Shown: in pieces, positions 25,238-34,020 of the stretch | Layout of the letters: each line of letters opens with the position of its first letter | Position numbering within the stretch: position 1 is the first letter of the stretch | Assembly (NCBI GenBank): GCA_043826475.1 | Contig: JBDRQG010000045.1 | Location: 1 to 37,872 of the forward strand | Direction: 5' to 3' | DNA from: a bacterium | GTDB lineage: Bacteria > Zixibacteria > MSB-5A5 > GN15 > FEB-12 | Length of the DNA: 37,872 bases | Notes under the pieces: generated by a model | What the model was told of the DNA's origin: nothing | The model's database searches: none | What the model saw: only the letters and a program-made list of their open reading frames with translations | Translations under genes and position numbers: made by a program

Positions 25238-26905
25238 TTACTGATTTTCCATTTTCAGGGATAGAGTACGACTCCAGCCATACTCAAATAATTGAAAATA
25301 TACTTCTTCGGGTTCAATTCTCAGCACATAACCGTTGCGGACTTTATCCCCTTCTTTAAGGATATAACCGTAACTGTCTTTATCTTCAAAAAGTGCACTA
25401 TTGATTTTATTATCAGATTCAATGACACCAACCAGACGCAATCCTTCAACATTTGCAATACGCTGTTCAATCGGATTGTCATTGACTCTGGATTCATTGA
25501 TCAGAGTTTCAAACGGGTCCCTTCCAAAAGGTTGGTACTTAATTACCAGACGCTGTGGGAATTCAGCTACCAAAGTCCCTTTGATTTTTGTCGGCGTTGA
25601 GGGTGAACGGCGGAAGCGGGAAGTTGACTTCTTATCAACATCCTTATCAATAGCTTCAGCTTCAGCTTCAGCTTCAGTTTCATTTTCCTCATTTTTAGTA
25701 TCATCGCTTCCAGAAACATCACTATTGGTCTCTGTATTTTTGACAGCCGGCTTGGCTTCTGTTATAACCTGAGGTTTATCCTCGGTTGTGGAAACAAGCT
25801 GAACCGGTTGAGTACTTTTATCAAAAGCTGATTTAGTCTCTTTATTATTTGGTTGAGCTTTAGGCTCTTCCTTTTTCATAAGTGGTACATTGTTATGTTC
25901 AACAGTCGGTTCGATCTTGGCGACAGTGGTAGTAGGTTTTTCTGATATAGCCTTGACCGGTTCGGTTTTGACAATAGTAGTAACAGGTGTTTCAGACTTA
26001 GCCTTGGCCGGTTCGGTTTTAACATCAGTAGTAGCAGGCTTATCTGATTTTACTGGAGTTGGATCTGTTGGTTCTGTTGATTTTTTAGTTTCAACTTTAG
26101 CAACTGCTATCTTTTCTTCTTTCTTAACTGCAGGCTTATCTATAGTAGCCTGTTTCTTTTCTTCAGCTTTGGTATTCAAACTTAATGCTTGATTCTGAAC
26201 CAGGGGTGGAAGATTGTTTTCATCAAATATTGGCTGTTTGGGAACATCCTTGTTTACATCTTCCGGTTTGGTAACCTTTGGCTCAGGTACTGCAGACTTT
26301 TTTGTCTCTGGTTCTGAACCTTTCAGGCTTAATTGACGATCCTGATCCATCGAAGAATTCTTATCTACCCAGGTTTTTTCCCTGGCAGGAGTTTCCTTTG
26401 CCGGGGCAGGTTCGGTTTTTACAGCCACAGCCGGTTTTTCCTGAGTTTGTGATTTCTTCAACTCAGAAACGACATGTGTAGTTGACCAGACCTGGAAAAC
26501 CTTTGAATTTTTATCAGGGAATGAAATCGTAATCGATTTTTCATCCGAACTGACCTGATAAAAAGTCTCCTTTTTCATATCAAAAACCAGTCTGGTAACT
26601 TTTTCCGGCTTAACGGAGTACTGGCTGGTTCGCAAACCTTGTATAGGACATTCGGGCAGTGCCAGGAAATTATTGGCGCCTAAATCATGGGTTGCGGAGA
26701 GTACATCCAGGATAATCCGGAATGGTTTACCATCTTTAGCGATTTCAGTCTGATGAGAAAACCTTACCGTCCCCTGGACATCAATCCGAGCTTGAGTAAA
26801 ACCATTATTATAGTTCAACTCGACATTTGTCACCTGGGAGGCGAAGGCGCCACCGACAGTTAAAAATACGCTAAATATTATTAGTAGGGCAAAAGCCTTT
26901 TTCAT
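25238..26905 (-). CDS. pilP: AMIN domain + long K/P/E/T-rich linker + PilP-like HR domain (PilP fusion)
   Basis: Type I signal peptide (GGAFA|SQ, no lipobox). AMIN-like N-terminus (VTNVELNYNNGFTQARIDVQG...KPFRIILDVLSA...VTRLVFDMKK...ITISF). A low-complexity linker of about 330 aa. C-terminus RDPFETL...EGLRLVGVIESDNKINSALFEDKDSYGYILKEGDKVRNGYVLRIEPEEVYFQ, typical of PilP. It occupies the pilP position between pilO and pilQ. Confidence 0.7.
   Translation of the reverse strand: MKKAFALLIIFSVFLTVGGAFASQVTNVELNYNNGFTQARIDVQGTVRFSHQTEIAKDGKPFRIILDVLSATHDLGANNFLALPECPIQGLRTSQYSVKPEKVTRLVFDMKKETFYQVSSDEKSITISFPDKNSKVFQVWSTTHVVSELKKSQTQEKPAVAVKTEPAPAKETPAREKTWVDKNSSMDQDRQLSLKGSEPETKKSAVPEPKVTKPEDVNKDVPKQPIFDENNLPPLVQNQALSLNTKAEEKKQATIDKPAVKKEEKIAVAKVETKKSTEPTDPTPVKSDKPATTDVKTEPAKAKSETPVTTIVKTEPVKAISEKPTTTVAKIEPTVEHNNVPLMKKEEPKAQPNNKETKSAFDKSTQPVQLVSTTEDKPQVITEAKPAVKNTETNSDVSGSDDTKNEENETEAEAEAEAIDKDVDKKSTSRFRRSPSTPTKIKGTLVAEFPQRLVIKYQPFGRDPFETLINESRVNDNPIEQRIANVEGLRLVGVIESDNKINSALFEDKDSYGYILKEGDKVRNGYVLRIEPEEVYFQLFEYGWSRTLSLKMENQ
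25652..25677. repeat. In-frame hexanucleotide repeat (AGCTTC x4) encoding (EA)n
   Basis: It encodes ETEAEAEAEAID within the linker of the AMIN-PilP protein. Confidence 0.9.
25907..26059. repeat. Three tandem 51-nt (17-codon) repeats in the AMIN-PilP linker
   Basis: Units at 25907-25957, 25958-26008 and 26009-26059 each begin GGTTCG[AG]T[CT]TT. They encode the variants PVKSDKPATTDVKTE, PAKAKSETPVTTIVKTE and PVKAISEKPTTTVAKIE. Confidence 0.85.
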
Positions 26906-26919
26906 TACTACCTGACCTC

Positions 26920-27525
26920 CTAAAGAGCAAGCTCTGAGAGCCGTTCATCTTCTTTGACGAAGTATGTCAAAAGAACAAATTTTGCCGTTAGAGTTTCATG
27001 ATTAGAATCATCATCCTGACTATCATTTTCTGATATGGCCAATTTTTGAGAAACCAGTTCCATATTAGTCAGGTTGGCTATAAAGGGAAAATTAGCCACA
27101 TAACTTACAAATTTCCCGAAATCATGATACGTTCCTGTCATTTCTATCTCAAACGAAGCGATGTTATAAAATTGCTGAGATTCAATCGGGCGCGGGTTAA
27201 GCTTGGTAATCCTGGTACCGGTAATTGAAGAAGCAGTATGCAGCTGTACCAGCAGGGATGGAATCTGTTTCACTTCGGGAAGCAATGCTTCGATTTCATG
27301 GTAACGATCAATCAAATCACTATACTCTAATTTGAGCGCATCAAGCGATTTAGCTTTCATCTCTACATTGCGCAGATTGGTCGTAATGGACTCAAATTCC
27401 TGGCTTTTGTTCGCAATTTGAGAATCATATTTCACATAAAGACGAGTGTACCAGAAATAGCCTACTATAAAGAGGGCCATTACACCCAATAATATCTTTT
27501 GTGTTTTGGGATCTTTCAGGTCCAT
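26920..27525 (-). CDS. pilO: Type IV pilus assembly protein PilO
   Basis: One N-terminal TM helix (ILLGVMALFIVGYFWY), a coiled coil, then a ferredoxin-like core (IPSLLVQLHTASSITGTRITKLNP...FEIEMTGTYHDFGKFVSYVANFPFI). Confidence 0.8.
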   Translation of the reverse strand: MDLKDPKTQKILLGVMALFIVGYFWYTRLYVKYDSQIANKSQEFESITTNLRNVEMKAKSLDALKLEYSDLIDRYHEIEALLPEVKQIPSLLVQLHTASSITGTRITKLNPRPIESQQFYNIASFEIEMTGTYHDFGKFVSYVANFPFIANLTNMELVSQKLAISENDSQDDDSNHETLTAKFVLLTYFVKEDERLSELAL

Positions 27526-27535
27526 AGCAGCATCC

Positions 27536-28243
27536 TCAGTTTAGGCTCTTGTGACTGGTTTTATTATTATCTTCATTATTATTATTAGCCTGAGCTATCA
27601 GATTTTGAAGTTCCTCATCAGATAAATAATGGACATTGCAGGAGAAGACAAAATTGTATGCCTTCTGTTCGCCGAAGACTTTTTCCGAAGAAGTAGTCAG
27701 TTCCACATTATCGAAATAATCTGAGCGCATCATATTTATCATAAAGGAAGCCAAGGCATTCAGGGTAAAGGCATACCCCTCGATTTCAGCCTCATGTACT
27801 CTGGGCTGATTATCAATAACCGGAGGAGCCTGTTGTCCCTTTTCCGTCTCAGCATTTTTAACTGCAGGAGCATCCTTCTCTGAAAGTCTGGCCAGCCAGA
27901 TAAACTCGGGGACATTGCTTGAAATGTTTTCAAGAACTCTGACCCATGCGGTCCGGTGGCTATCCAGTCTTTCGACAGCGCTCATCCTTTCGCCAATCTT
28001 CTGTTTGACATCAATGAGGGCATCAACAAGCCTGATATCATTCTGAAGCATGGCAGCACGCTGTTTGGCTTTACCGATATTTTCATCAAGCTTGCTTATT
28101 TGATGGGCTTGATAGAAGGAAATAAAAGCCAGCATGATAATAATACCTACCACACCGCCGAGAGTATAAAATCCAGCTTTGCCAAAAGACAGATTGACTG
28201 CTTTTTTGTGATATTGCTTGGGAAGTAAATTTATTTCTATCAT
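27536..28243 (-). CDS. pilN: Type IV pilus assembly protein PilN
   Basis: Canonical N-terminus MIEINLLPKQ, a TM helix and a coiled coil. It lies between pilM and pilO. Confidence 0.8.
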   Translation of the reverse strand: MIEINLLPKQYHKKAVNLSFGKAGFYTLGGVVGIIIMLAFISFYQAHQISKLDENIGKAKQRAAMLQNDIRLVDALIDVKQKIGERMSAVERLDSHRTAWVRVLENISSNVPEFIWLARLSEKDAPAVKNAETEKGQQAPPVIDNQPRVHEAEIEGYAFTLNALASFMINMMRSDYFDNVELTTSSEKVFGEQKAYNFVFSCNVHYLSDEELQNLIAQANNNNEDNNKTSHKSLN

Positions 28244-28250
28244 CAGTCTG

Positions 28251-29303
28251 TTACCTCGCCTTCCTCATTGCCAAACCGACTGAAACTGTCAGTAATGGAG
28301 CAATTTTTTCCGGCTGTAAATATTGGAACAAATCCGGATCGTAATCCACTTTTCGCAGCGGATTAGCAATCTCTAATGGAATGTTCAACTTGGACTGTAA
28401 AAGTTCCGGCAAGTAGGGGATCAAAGACCCGCCGCCCGAAAGAACAATCCAATCCACACCATCTACTTTTGTTTGTGATTTGAAATATGAAAAAGCCAGC
28501 TCCACACCTGAAAGCAACTCATCCGTAGCTGATATGATAGTGGCTTTGAGCATATCCTGGTCAATTGAATCATCCATCTCACCTTTAATAGCTTTAGAAG
28601 TCAGCTCCGGATTAAGGCGGAATTCCTTCTGAATAGCATTATAAATTTCTCTGGTTCCCGAGGAGACATCACGGGTAGAATGGTATCTGCCTTCCAGCAA
28701 ATAGGTGATATTGGTGACATCATGGCCGATATTCAAGAGAGCTGTTATTCTGGTCGGGTCAATATCATAGTTGTTTTCATAGGCATTGTAAATAGCCAGA
28801 GCATCATCATCAACAATCACCGGTCTTAACCCGCAATCGGCTACAAGTTCTAATTGCGTTTGGAGATATTCCTTACGCGCTGCCACCAGAAGGACGTCCA
28901 TCTTTTTGACGCTTTCATCTACATTAATGATATGATAGTCAAGCGAGACATCATCAACATCGAATGGCGCTCTTTGTTCGGTTTCAAACAGGATAGCCTG
29001 TTCAGCTTCGCTGCCGGTTTTGTGATCGATGGTGAATCGATCGGTCATAACCCCGTGACCGGATATTGATATAACAACATCTTTGATCTTGGGATCGGTT
29101 TGATCAATAAGAGATTGAACGTTAAAAATAACTGCTTCACGATCTCTTATCTCATCAGCAACGATGGCATCGGGTGGAAGCTCTCTCACGCCTATGGCAG
29201 CTATTGAATAACCGTCATTAGTATGGTCAAGCTTAACCAATTTTATAGAACTCGAACCAATGTCAAGTCCTACGGTACTTTTACTTTTTTGCGAAAACAA
29301 CAT
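28251..29303 (-). CDS. pilM: Type IV pilus assembly protein PilM (actin-like ATPase fold)
   Basis: Phosphate-1 motif VGLDIGSSSIKLVKL. Also LNIGHDVTNITYL and LSGGGSLIPYLPELL. Confidence 0.85.
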   Translation of the reverse strand: MLFSQKSKSTVGLDIGSSSIKLVKLDHTNDGYSIAAIGVRELPPDAIVADEIRDREAVIFNVQSLIDQTDPKIKDVVISISGHGVMTDRFTIDHKTGSEAEQAILFETEQRAPFDVDDVSLDYHIINVDESVKKMDVLLVAARKEYLQTQLELVADCGLRPVIVDDDALAIYNAYENNYDIDPTRITALLNIGHDVTNITYLLEGRYHSTRDVSSGTREIYNAIQKEFRLNPELTSKAIKGEMDDSIDQDMLKATIISATDELLSGVELAFSYFKSQTKVDGVDWIVLSGGGSLIPYLPELLQSKLNIPLEIANPLRKVDYDPDLFQYLQPEKIAPLLTVSVGLAMRKAR

Positions 29304-29513
29304 AGATTACTCTGTAGTTAAAGCTTTCAAGTTCTTTTATAAATTTCTTATCGGCATGTATTTAATTCGATTTATGTCATTTTTCCAAAAATCGAATAAA
29401 AATCTTTTTAGTCCGATAATTTATCATTGTACCGGATTTATCGGTTCACCCTGCCTGGTACTTAACCTCATTTTATCATTAATAAGGGATTTTAAAAAAC
29501 CTGTTAAATCAAT

Positions 29514-29539
29514 AAAAAAACCCCTCCGGAAAGGAGGGG
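29514..29539 (-). terminator. Intrinsic terminator of the pilin-like gene
   Basis: CCCCTCC-GGAAA-GGAGGGG. On the minus strand 7 T follow. Confidence 0.8.
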
Positions 29540-29570
29540 TTGCCAAAAAGGAGAAGAAGGAGTAAGTATT

Positions 29571-30089
29571 TTAGTAATAATTTGCTACAGTTTTAATCCT
29601 ACCAGTAGATGCAAGAATATTGTGAGTCTGAGTACCAACTAGTAATTCAGAGTATTTTAATGTATAAATATCCGCTCCAGTGGTCATAGCGGTTATAAAA
29701 CGAGCTGAACCGTTGGGCATAAATATTATAGCGTCAGTATCAAGATTGGTATCCATAAATTCCAAATCGCTGGCCAAAGTATCAGTTCGAACAACCTCAT
29801 CACCATCTTCAAATTCATAATTCTCAGGATTCACGACATCTTTAAATAAAGTAATGGTCAGATGGCTTTGATCAATATAAACACCATATGGAGCTTTATC
29901 TGATATGGCTTTAGATCTGGCTAATTTAATTGTTGATATAATATCCCGGTTAGCTTTTTTATAATTGATCTTTTCAAATGTTCCTTCAAACCGGGGAACC
30001 GCCATCGCAGCCACAATCCCGATGATGACAACTGTAGTCATTAACTCTATGAGGGTCATACCTTTTTGTAATTTTAATCTGTTTTTCAT
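29571..30089 (-). CDS. Prepilin-type N-terminal cleavage/methylation protein (type IV pilin, GspH/FimT-like)
   Basis: Class III signal LQKG|MTLIELMTTVVIIGIVAAMAVPRF with Glu5. FimT/GspH-like helix region (IISTIKLARSKAISDKAPYGVYI). The mature protein has no Cys. Confidence 0.8.
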   Translation of the reverse strand: MKNRLKLQKGMTLIELMTTVVIIGIVAAMAVPRFEGTFEKINYKKANRDIISTIKLARSKAISDKAPYGVYIDQSHLTITLFKDVVNPENYEFEDGDEVVRTDTLASDLEFMDTNLDTDAIIFMPNGSARFITAMTTGADIYTLKYSELLVGTQTHNILASTGRIKTVANYY

Positions 30090-30345
30090 TTATAATATCT
30101 CCGTCATTAAAAAATCAGGGTTTTGACAAATAACTGAAATTGATATAAGCATGATATATGCCTGTTTTTTGATATAATAACTGTTTCAATATCTATTATT
30201 GAACATTATGTCAGATAAGGGATTGCAGGCTTTCAATTTCTTATAATTTTGGCCGAAGGAACAATTATATATTGAATTGCATTTAAATATATAGGAGAGT
30301 TCCAATAGTAGTAGGCATAGTTCTACTTAAAAATGTTGACAAATT

Positions 30346-30373
30346 TTGAAAGTACCTTAAGTTTGTATATAAC
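30346..30373 (+). promoter_or_regulatory. Candidate sigma70-type promoter of the S8 protease gene
   Basis: TTGAAA (30346-30351), a 16-nt spacer, then TATAAC (30368-30373), about 48 nt upstream of the ATG. Confidence 0.3.
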
Positions 30374-30421
30374 TGGTCTTATATTAGCTTGCTTCTTAAA
30401 CCGTAAGAAAGGATCCCCGAT

Positions 30422-32794
30422 ATGAAAAGAGCTTTCTCTTTGCTTATTTTACCTCTTTTTATAATAACTGCTTTAATGATAACGACTGTATTTGCACAAG
30501 GTACAGTTCCGGGACATGAATGTCTTGTCGATGGCCCGGTTGTTATACAAAAATCAAAAAATCTAATAAAAAGTACTGCCCTCGAATATCTTACATCCCA
30601 GAATGACGAAGATGTAAGTATCTGGGTCTTTTTCACAGATAAAGGGGTCTTTACAAAAGAAGATTTTAACAATAAAGCTGCATCTTTGTCGGTCTCGGAA
30701 AAATCAATGAATAGGCGTTCTAAGGTCAACAAAGACAAGGTTTTATTTGCTGATCTGCCGGTCGTTCAGGATTATATTGATAATGTTATTAATAGTGGCG
30801 GTAAGCTCAGGCGAATCTCTCGATGGTTAAATGCTGCCAGTTTTGATATCCCACTTGCAAATATTGTACAATTAGAATCTCTTCCATTTGTAGCCGAAGT
30901 CAAACCTTTGGCTAAATTTAATCGCCGTGATCAATCAGAAATTACGGACATCAGAATTGATGACATTCAAAATCAGGCCTTATCCCCTGATGTATTAAAT
31001 TATGGTATAGCCCAGGACCAATTAGAACAGATCCATGTCCCACCTCTTCATAATATGGGTTATGATGGTTCAGGGGTAACTCTGGCTGTTTTTGATACAG
31101 GATTCCGCAAATCTCATGAAGCTTTTGCTCAGCATTATGCCGAGGGTAGAGTTTTAGCCGAATGGGATTTTATTTTTAATGACAGCAACACAGCCAATGA
31201 ATCCGAAGATATAAGCACTCAATGGAATCATGGGACCCTTACCTGGTCAACAGCCGGTGGGTTAAAAGATGGTTCGCTGTACGGCCCGGCATATAAAGCA
31301 AATTTTATCTTATGTAAAACCGAGGATGTTCGTTCTGAGACACCGGTTGAAGAGGATAACTGGGTGGCTGCACTGGAATGGGTTGATCCCCTTGGAGCTG
31401 ATGTTATTACTTCGTCACTAACTTACACCGATTGGTATACATATTCCGATTTTGACGGCCAGACAGCAACAATAACACTAGCAGCCAATACCGCCGCAGG
31501 ACTTGGGATTGTCGTTTGTAATTCAATGGGTAACAGCGGTCCAAGTGCTGGAACTTTAGGTCCTCCCTGTGATGGTTACGATATTGTAGCTTGTGCGGCT
31601 ATGGATGCAAGCGGCAACATTGCCAGCTTCTCATCAAGAGGCCCAACTTATGATGGCCGCATGAAACCCGAAGTCGGAGCTCGCGGCGTCAACACTGCAT
31701 GCGCATCATCCAGCGGGGATTATTCTTATACCACTGCCAGCGGAACATCCCTCTCAACACCGTTGGTTGCCGGAGCGGTTTGTTTGCTTATTCAGGCTCA
31801 TCCCAACTATACTCCCCAGATGATTATTCAATCATTAAAAGACTTTGGTGATCATGCTGAGAACCCTGATAATAATTACGGTTGGGGAATTATTAATACT
31901 GAGGAATCTTTTGGATGGGGAGCTAATTTTGATGCTGACATAACTATCGGCGATGCTCCGCAGACGGTACAATTTACCAATACTTCATCTCTGGCTTCTG
32001 ATTCCTATGTCTGGTCATTTGGTGATGGGAGTTCTTCATATGTCGAGAATCCTTCACATTATTATGGAGAATCTGGTGTTTACGATGTATCCCTTAATAT
32101 CGATACCGAGTATGGAATAATATCACGAGTAAAACATGCTTTTGTTATTTTATTAGGTGATACTCTTACATTTACATCTGACTCTGTTTTTGCCGGTGAA
32201 AAAGCTTATATCTCCGTAAATTTAAAAAATTCCCAGCCTATAGATAAAATAACAATTCCCTTTACATATGGGGGATCAGGTTTGATTGATTATGATTCGG
32301 TCACATTCGGCGACAGAACATCATACTTCGATGAAATAAAATTTGTCCATCAGGATTCCTGGGTTAGAAAATACACGATTGAATTATCGATTAATGTTGC
32401 TGGACCAAATCCGCCTCTTGAACCGGGATACGGAGAAGTTATGAGAATTTATTTCTCAACTGATCCTTATGCTCTGGGGGGATCAAATGATTTTGTTGAT
32501 ACAACAAATGCAACTTACAAGTTAGCTTTACGATCAGAATATATGACATATAATCCTCGTTTTTATGATGGTAATATTGTTATGAAGCCGGTAATCAGAG
32601 GCAACGCCGACAATATAGGTTCAATCAATGTTGCCGACCTTGTTTACCTTGTCAATTATCTTTTTAAAGGCGGATCAGCCCCAGTGACAATTCAGTCCGG
32701 TGATGTCAACAGCGATTTGGCTGTGTTAGTTTCAGATTTAACATATTTAGTTGAATACATTTTTAAAGGCGGCCCGCCACCAATAACTCCGTAA
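30422..32794 (+). CDS. Secreted subtilisin-like (S8) serine protease with propeptide and a C-terminal PKD + cohesin-like + dockerin-like cassette
   Basis: Signal peptide MKRAFSLLILPLFIITALMITTVFA. Catalytic triad motifs LAVFDTGF (Asp), WNHGTLTWS (His), SGTSLSTPLVAGA (Ser). PKD motif VWSFGDGSSS...HYY. Tail: [26 protein letters not shown]...GDVNSDLAVLVSDLTYLVEYIFKGGPPPITP. Confidence 0.9.
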   Translation: MKRAFSLLILPLFIITALMITTVFAQGTVPGHECLVDGPVVIQKSKNLIKSTALEYLTSQNDEDVSIWVFFTDKGVFTKEDFNNKAASLSVSEKSMNRRSKVNKDKVLFADLPVVQDYIDNVINSGGKLRRISRWLNAASFDIPLANIVQLESLPFVAEVKPLAKFNRRDQSEITDIRIDDIQNQALSPDVLNYGIAQDQLEQIHVPPLHNMGYDGSGVTLAVFDTGFRKSHEAFAQHYAEGRVLAEWDFIFNDSNTANESEDISTQWNHGTLTWSTAGGLKDGSLYGPAYKANFILCKTEDVRSETPVEEDNWVAALEWVDPLGADVITSSLTYTDWYTYSDFDGQTATITLAANTAAGLGIVVCNSMGNSGPSAGTLGPPCDGYDIVACAAMDASGNIASFSSRGPTYDGRMKPEVGARGVNTACASSSGDYSYTTASGTSLSTPLVAGAVCLLIQAHPNYTPQMIIQSLKDFGDHAENPDNNYGWGIINTEESFGWGANFDADITIGDAPQTVQFTNTSSLASDSYVWSFGDGSSSYVENPSHYYGESGVYDVSLNIDTEYGIISRVKHAFVILLGDTLTFTSDSVFAGEKAYISVNLKNSQPIDKITIPFTYGGSGLIDYDSVTFGDRTSYFDEIKFVHQDSWVRKYTIELSINVAGPNPPLEPGYGEVMRIYFSTDPYALGGSNDFVDTTNATYKLALRSEYMTYNPRFYDGNIVMKPVIRGNADNIGSINVADLVYLVNYLFKGGSAPVTIQSGDVNSDLAVLVSDLTYLVEYIFKGGPPPITP

Positions 32795-32801
32795 TTGATA
32801 A

Positions 32802-32831
32802 AATCATTAAGAAAAGGCTGACTAAATGTCA
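32802..32831. terminator. Bidirectional intrinsic terminator between convergent genes
   Basis: AGGCTGAC-TAAAT-GTCAGCCT, flanked by an A-run and a 6-T run. Confidence 0.85.
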
Positions 32832-32855
32832 GCCTTTTTTTGGAATTATAATAAA

Positions 32856-33953
32856 TTAGATAACAAACTTACCATTGCGGTAAATTACCTTGCCATCAGC
32901 AGTAATTTGGCCCTTATGCATATCACATATCATATCCCAGTGAAGGGAGCTGATATTCTTACCACCCGATTCATCTATTGATTTGCCAACCGCAAGATGA
33001 CAGGTTCCGCCGATTTTTTCATCGAATAGGATGTTTTTTGAAAAATGATTGATATCATAATTAGTGCCGACAGCAATCTCTCCTACAAATCGCGCACCCT
33101 TATCCATATTAAGCATACTCGTGAGGAAATCTTGATTTTTACCGGCTGATTCTTTAACCACTTTACCTTTCTTAAATTCCAACTTAACATTTTCAACCAC
33201 TCGCCCCATATATACGGCTGGATAACTGAACTGGATATGACCCTCGACAGTATCTTCAATCGGCCCGGTAAATATTTCGCCATCGGGGAAATTGACCCGA
33301 CCGGAACATTCAATCCATTTGCGTCCCTTGACTCTCATTTTCAAATCAGTCCCCTCTGATTGAAAATGAAGATGGTCTATCCGGTTAAGGATCTTCACCA
33401 GACGCTGTTGTTCACTGGAAATTTTCTTCCAGTGTTTTGCCGGGTCGGCAGCGTTCATATGGCCGGCATTATATACAAAATCTTCCCAATCTTTTAAAGA
33501 CATCTCAGCTTCCTGAGCATCGGCGCTAACCGGAAAGAGCGTCCCACACCATCTGAGAGAATTATCACCCATACGCTTGAACATCTTTTTGATCAAGGCC
33601 GATCGAGAGCTGCGCATCAACGCCTGTCTTTGGGGATCTACTCCCGAGAGATAGCGCGTGTTAGAGCTTCCCCAGATAACTATTAAGGTCTCCATCTTAT
33701 CGACTTCAAACTTTTCCATTGGTGAAATAAATTTCAACTGGTCATCTTTGGCGTGCTTCAAAAAACTCTCTTCATTATCAGGGACTACTATCCTGGTGTA
33801 AGGATAAGCGCCGGCTATGACAGCCTCTTTATACACAGCTTTGATAAGCGGCAGGGTACAAACTTCCCCCTGAATTTTGAGCATCTCCCCTTTTTTTAAT
33901 CTAATCGAATAATGAACCAGCAGTTGGGCAAGTTTTTCAATTCTTTGATCCAT
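32856..33953 (-). CDS. M29 family aminopeptidase (AmpS/PepS-like)
   Basis: N-terminus MDQRIEKLAQLLVHYSIRLKKGEMLKIQGE and length of 365 aa fit. The C-terminal metal-site region is GTNYD...FDEKIGGTCHLAVG...HWDM. Confidence 0.7.
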   Translation of the reverse strand: MDQRIEKLAQLLVHYSIRLKKGEMLKIQGEVCTLPLIKAVYKEAVIAGAYPYTRIVVPDNEESFLKHAKDDQLKFISPMEKFEVDKMETLIVIWGSSNTRYLSGVDPQRQALMRSSRSALIKKMFKRMGDNSLRWCGTLFPVSADAQEAEMSLKDWEDFVYNAGHMNAADPAKHWKKISSEQQRLVKILNRIDHLHFQSEGTDLKMRVKGRKWIECSGRVNFPDGEIFTGPIEDTVEGHIQFSYPAVYMGRVVENVKLEFKKGKVVKESAGKNQDFLTSMLNMDKGARFVGEIAVGTNYDINHFSKNILFDEKIGGTCHLAVGKSIDESGGKNISSLHWDMICDMHKGQITADGKVIYRNGKFVI

Positions 33954-34020
33954 CGGTTAAATCTCCATTTTATGGTTTGACTCGCTGATTATTTCCATTT
34001 TATATCATTATAATGTACGG

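Noticed and set aside
29365-29397. AT-rich inverted repeats upstream of pilM (ATTCGATTT-15 nt-AAATCGAAT; also CCGATAA...TTATCGG at 29412-29442), upstream of the XRE gene (CGATTTAT...ATAAATCG, 8454-8481) and upstream of the C1 protease gene (AATTATGT...ACATAATT, 2497-2523).
   Set aside because: Short palindromes like these are expected by chance in spacers with about 30% GC. With no recurrence or conservation data I cannot support calling them operators.
30379-30738. A 119-aa minus-strand ORF overlapping the start of the S8 protease gene.
   Set aside because: It is antisense to the signal peptide and propeptide of a strongly supported CDS, and it has no SD.
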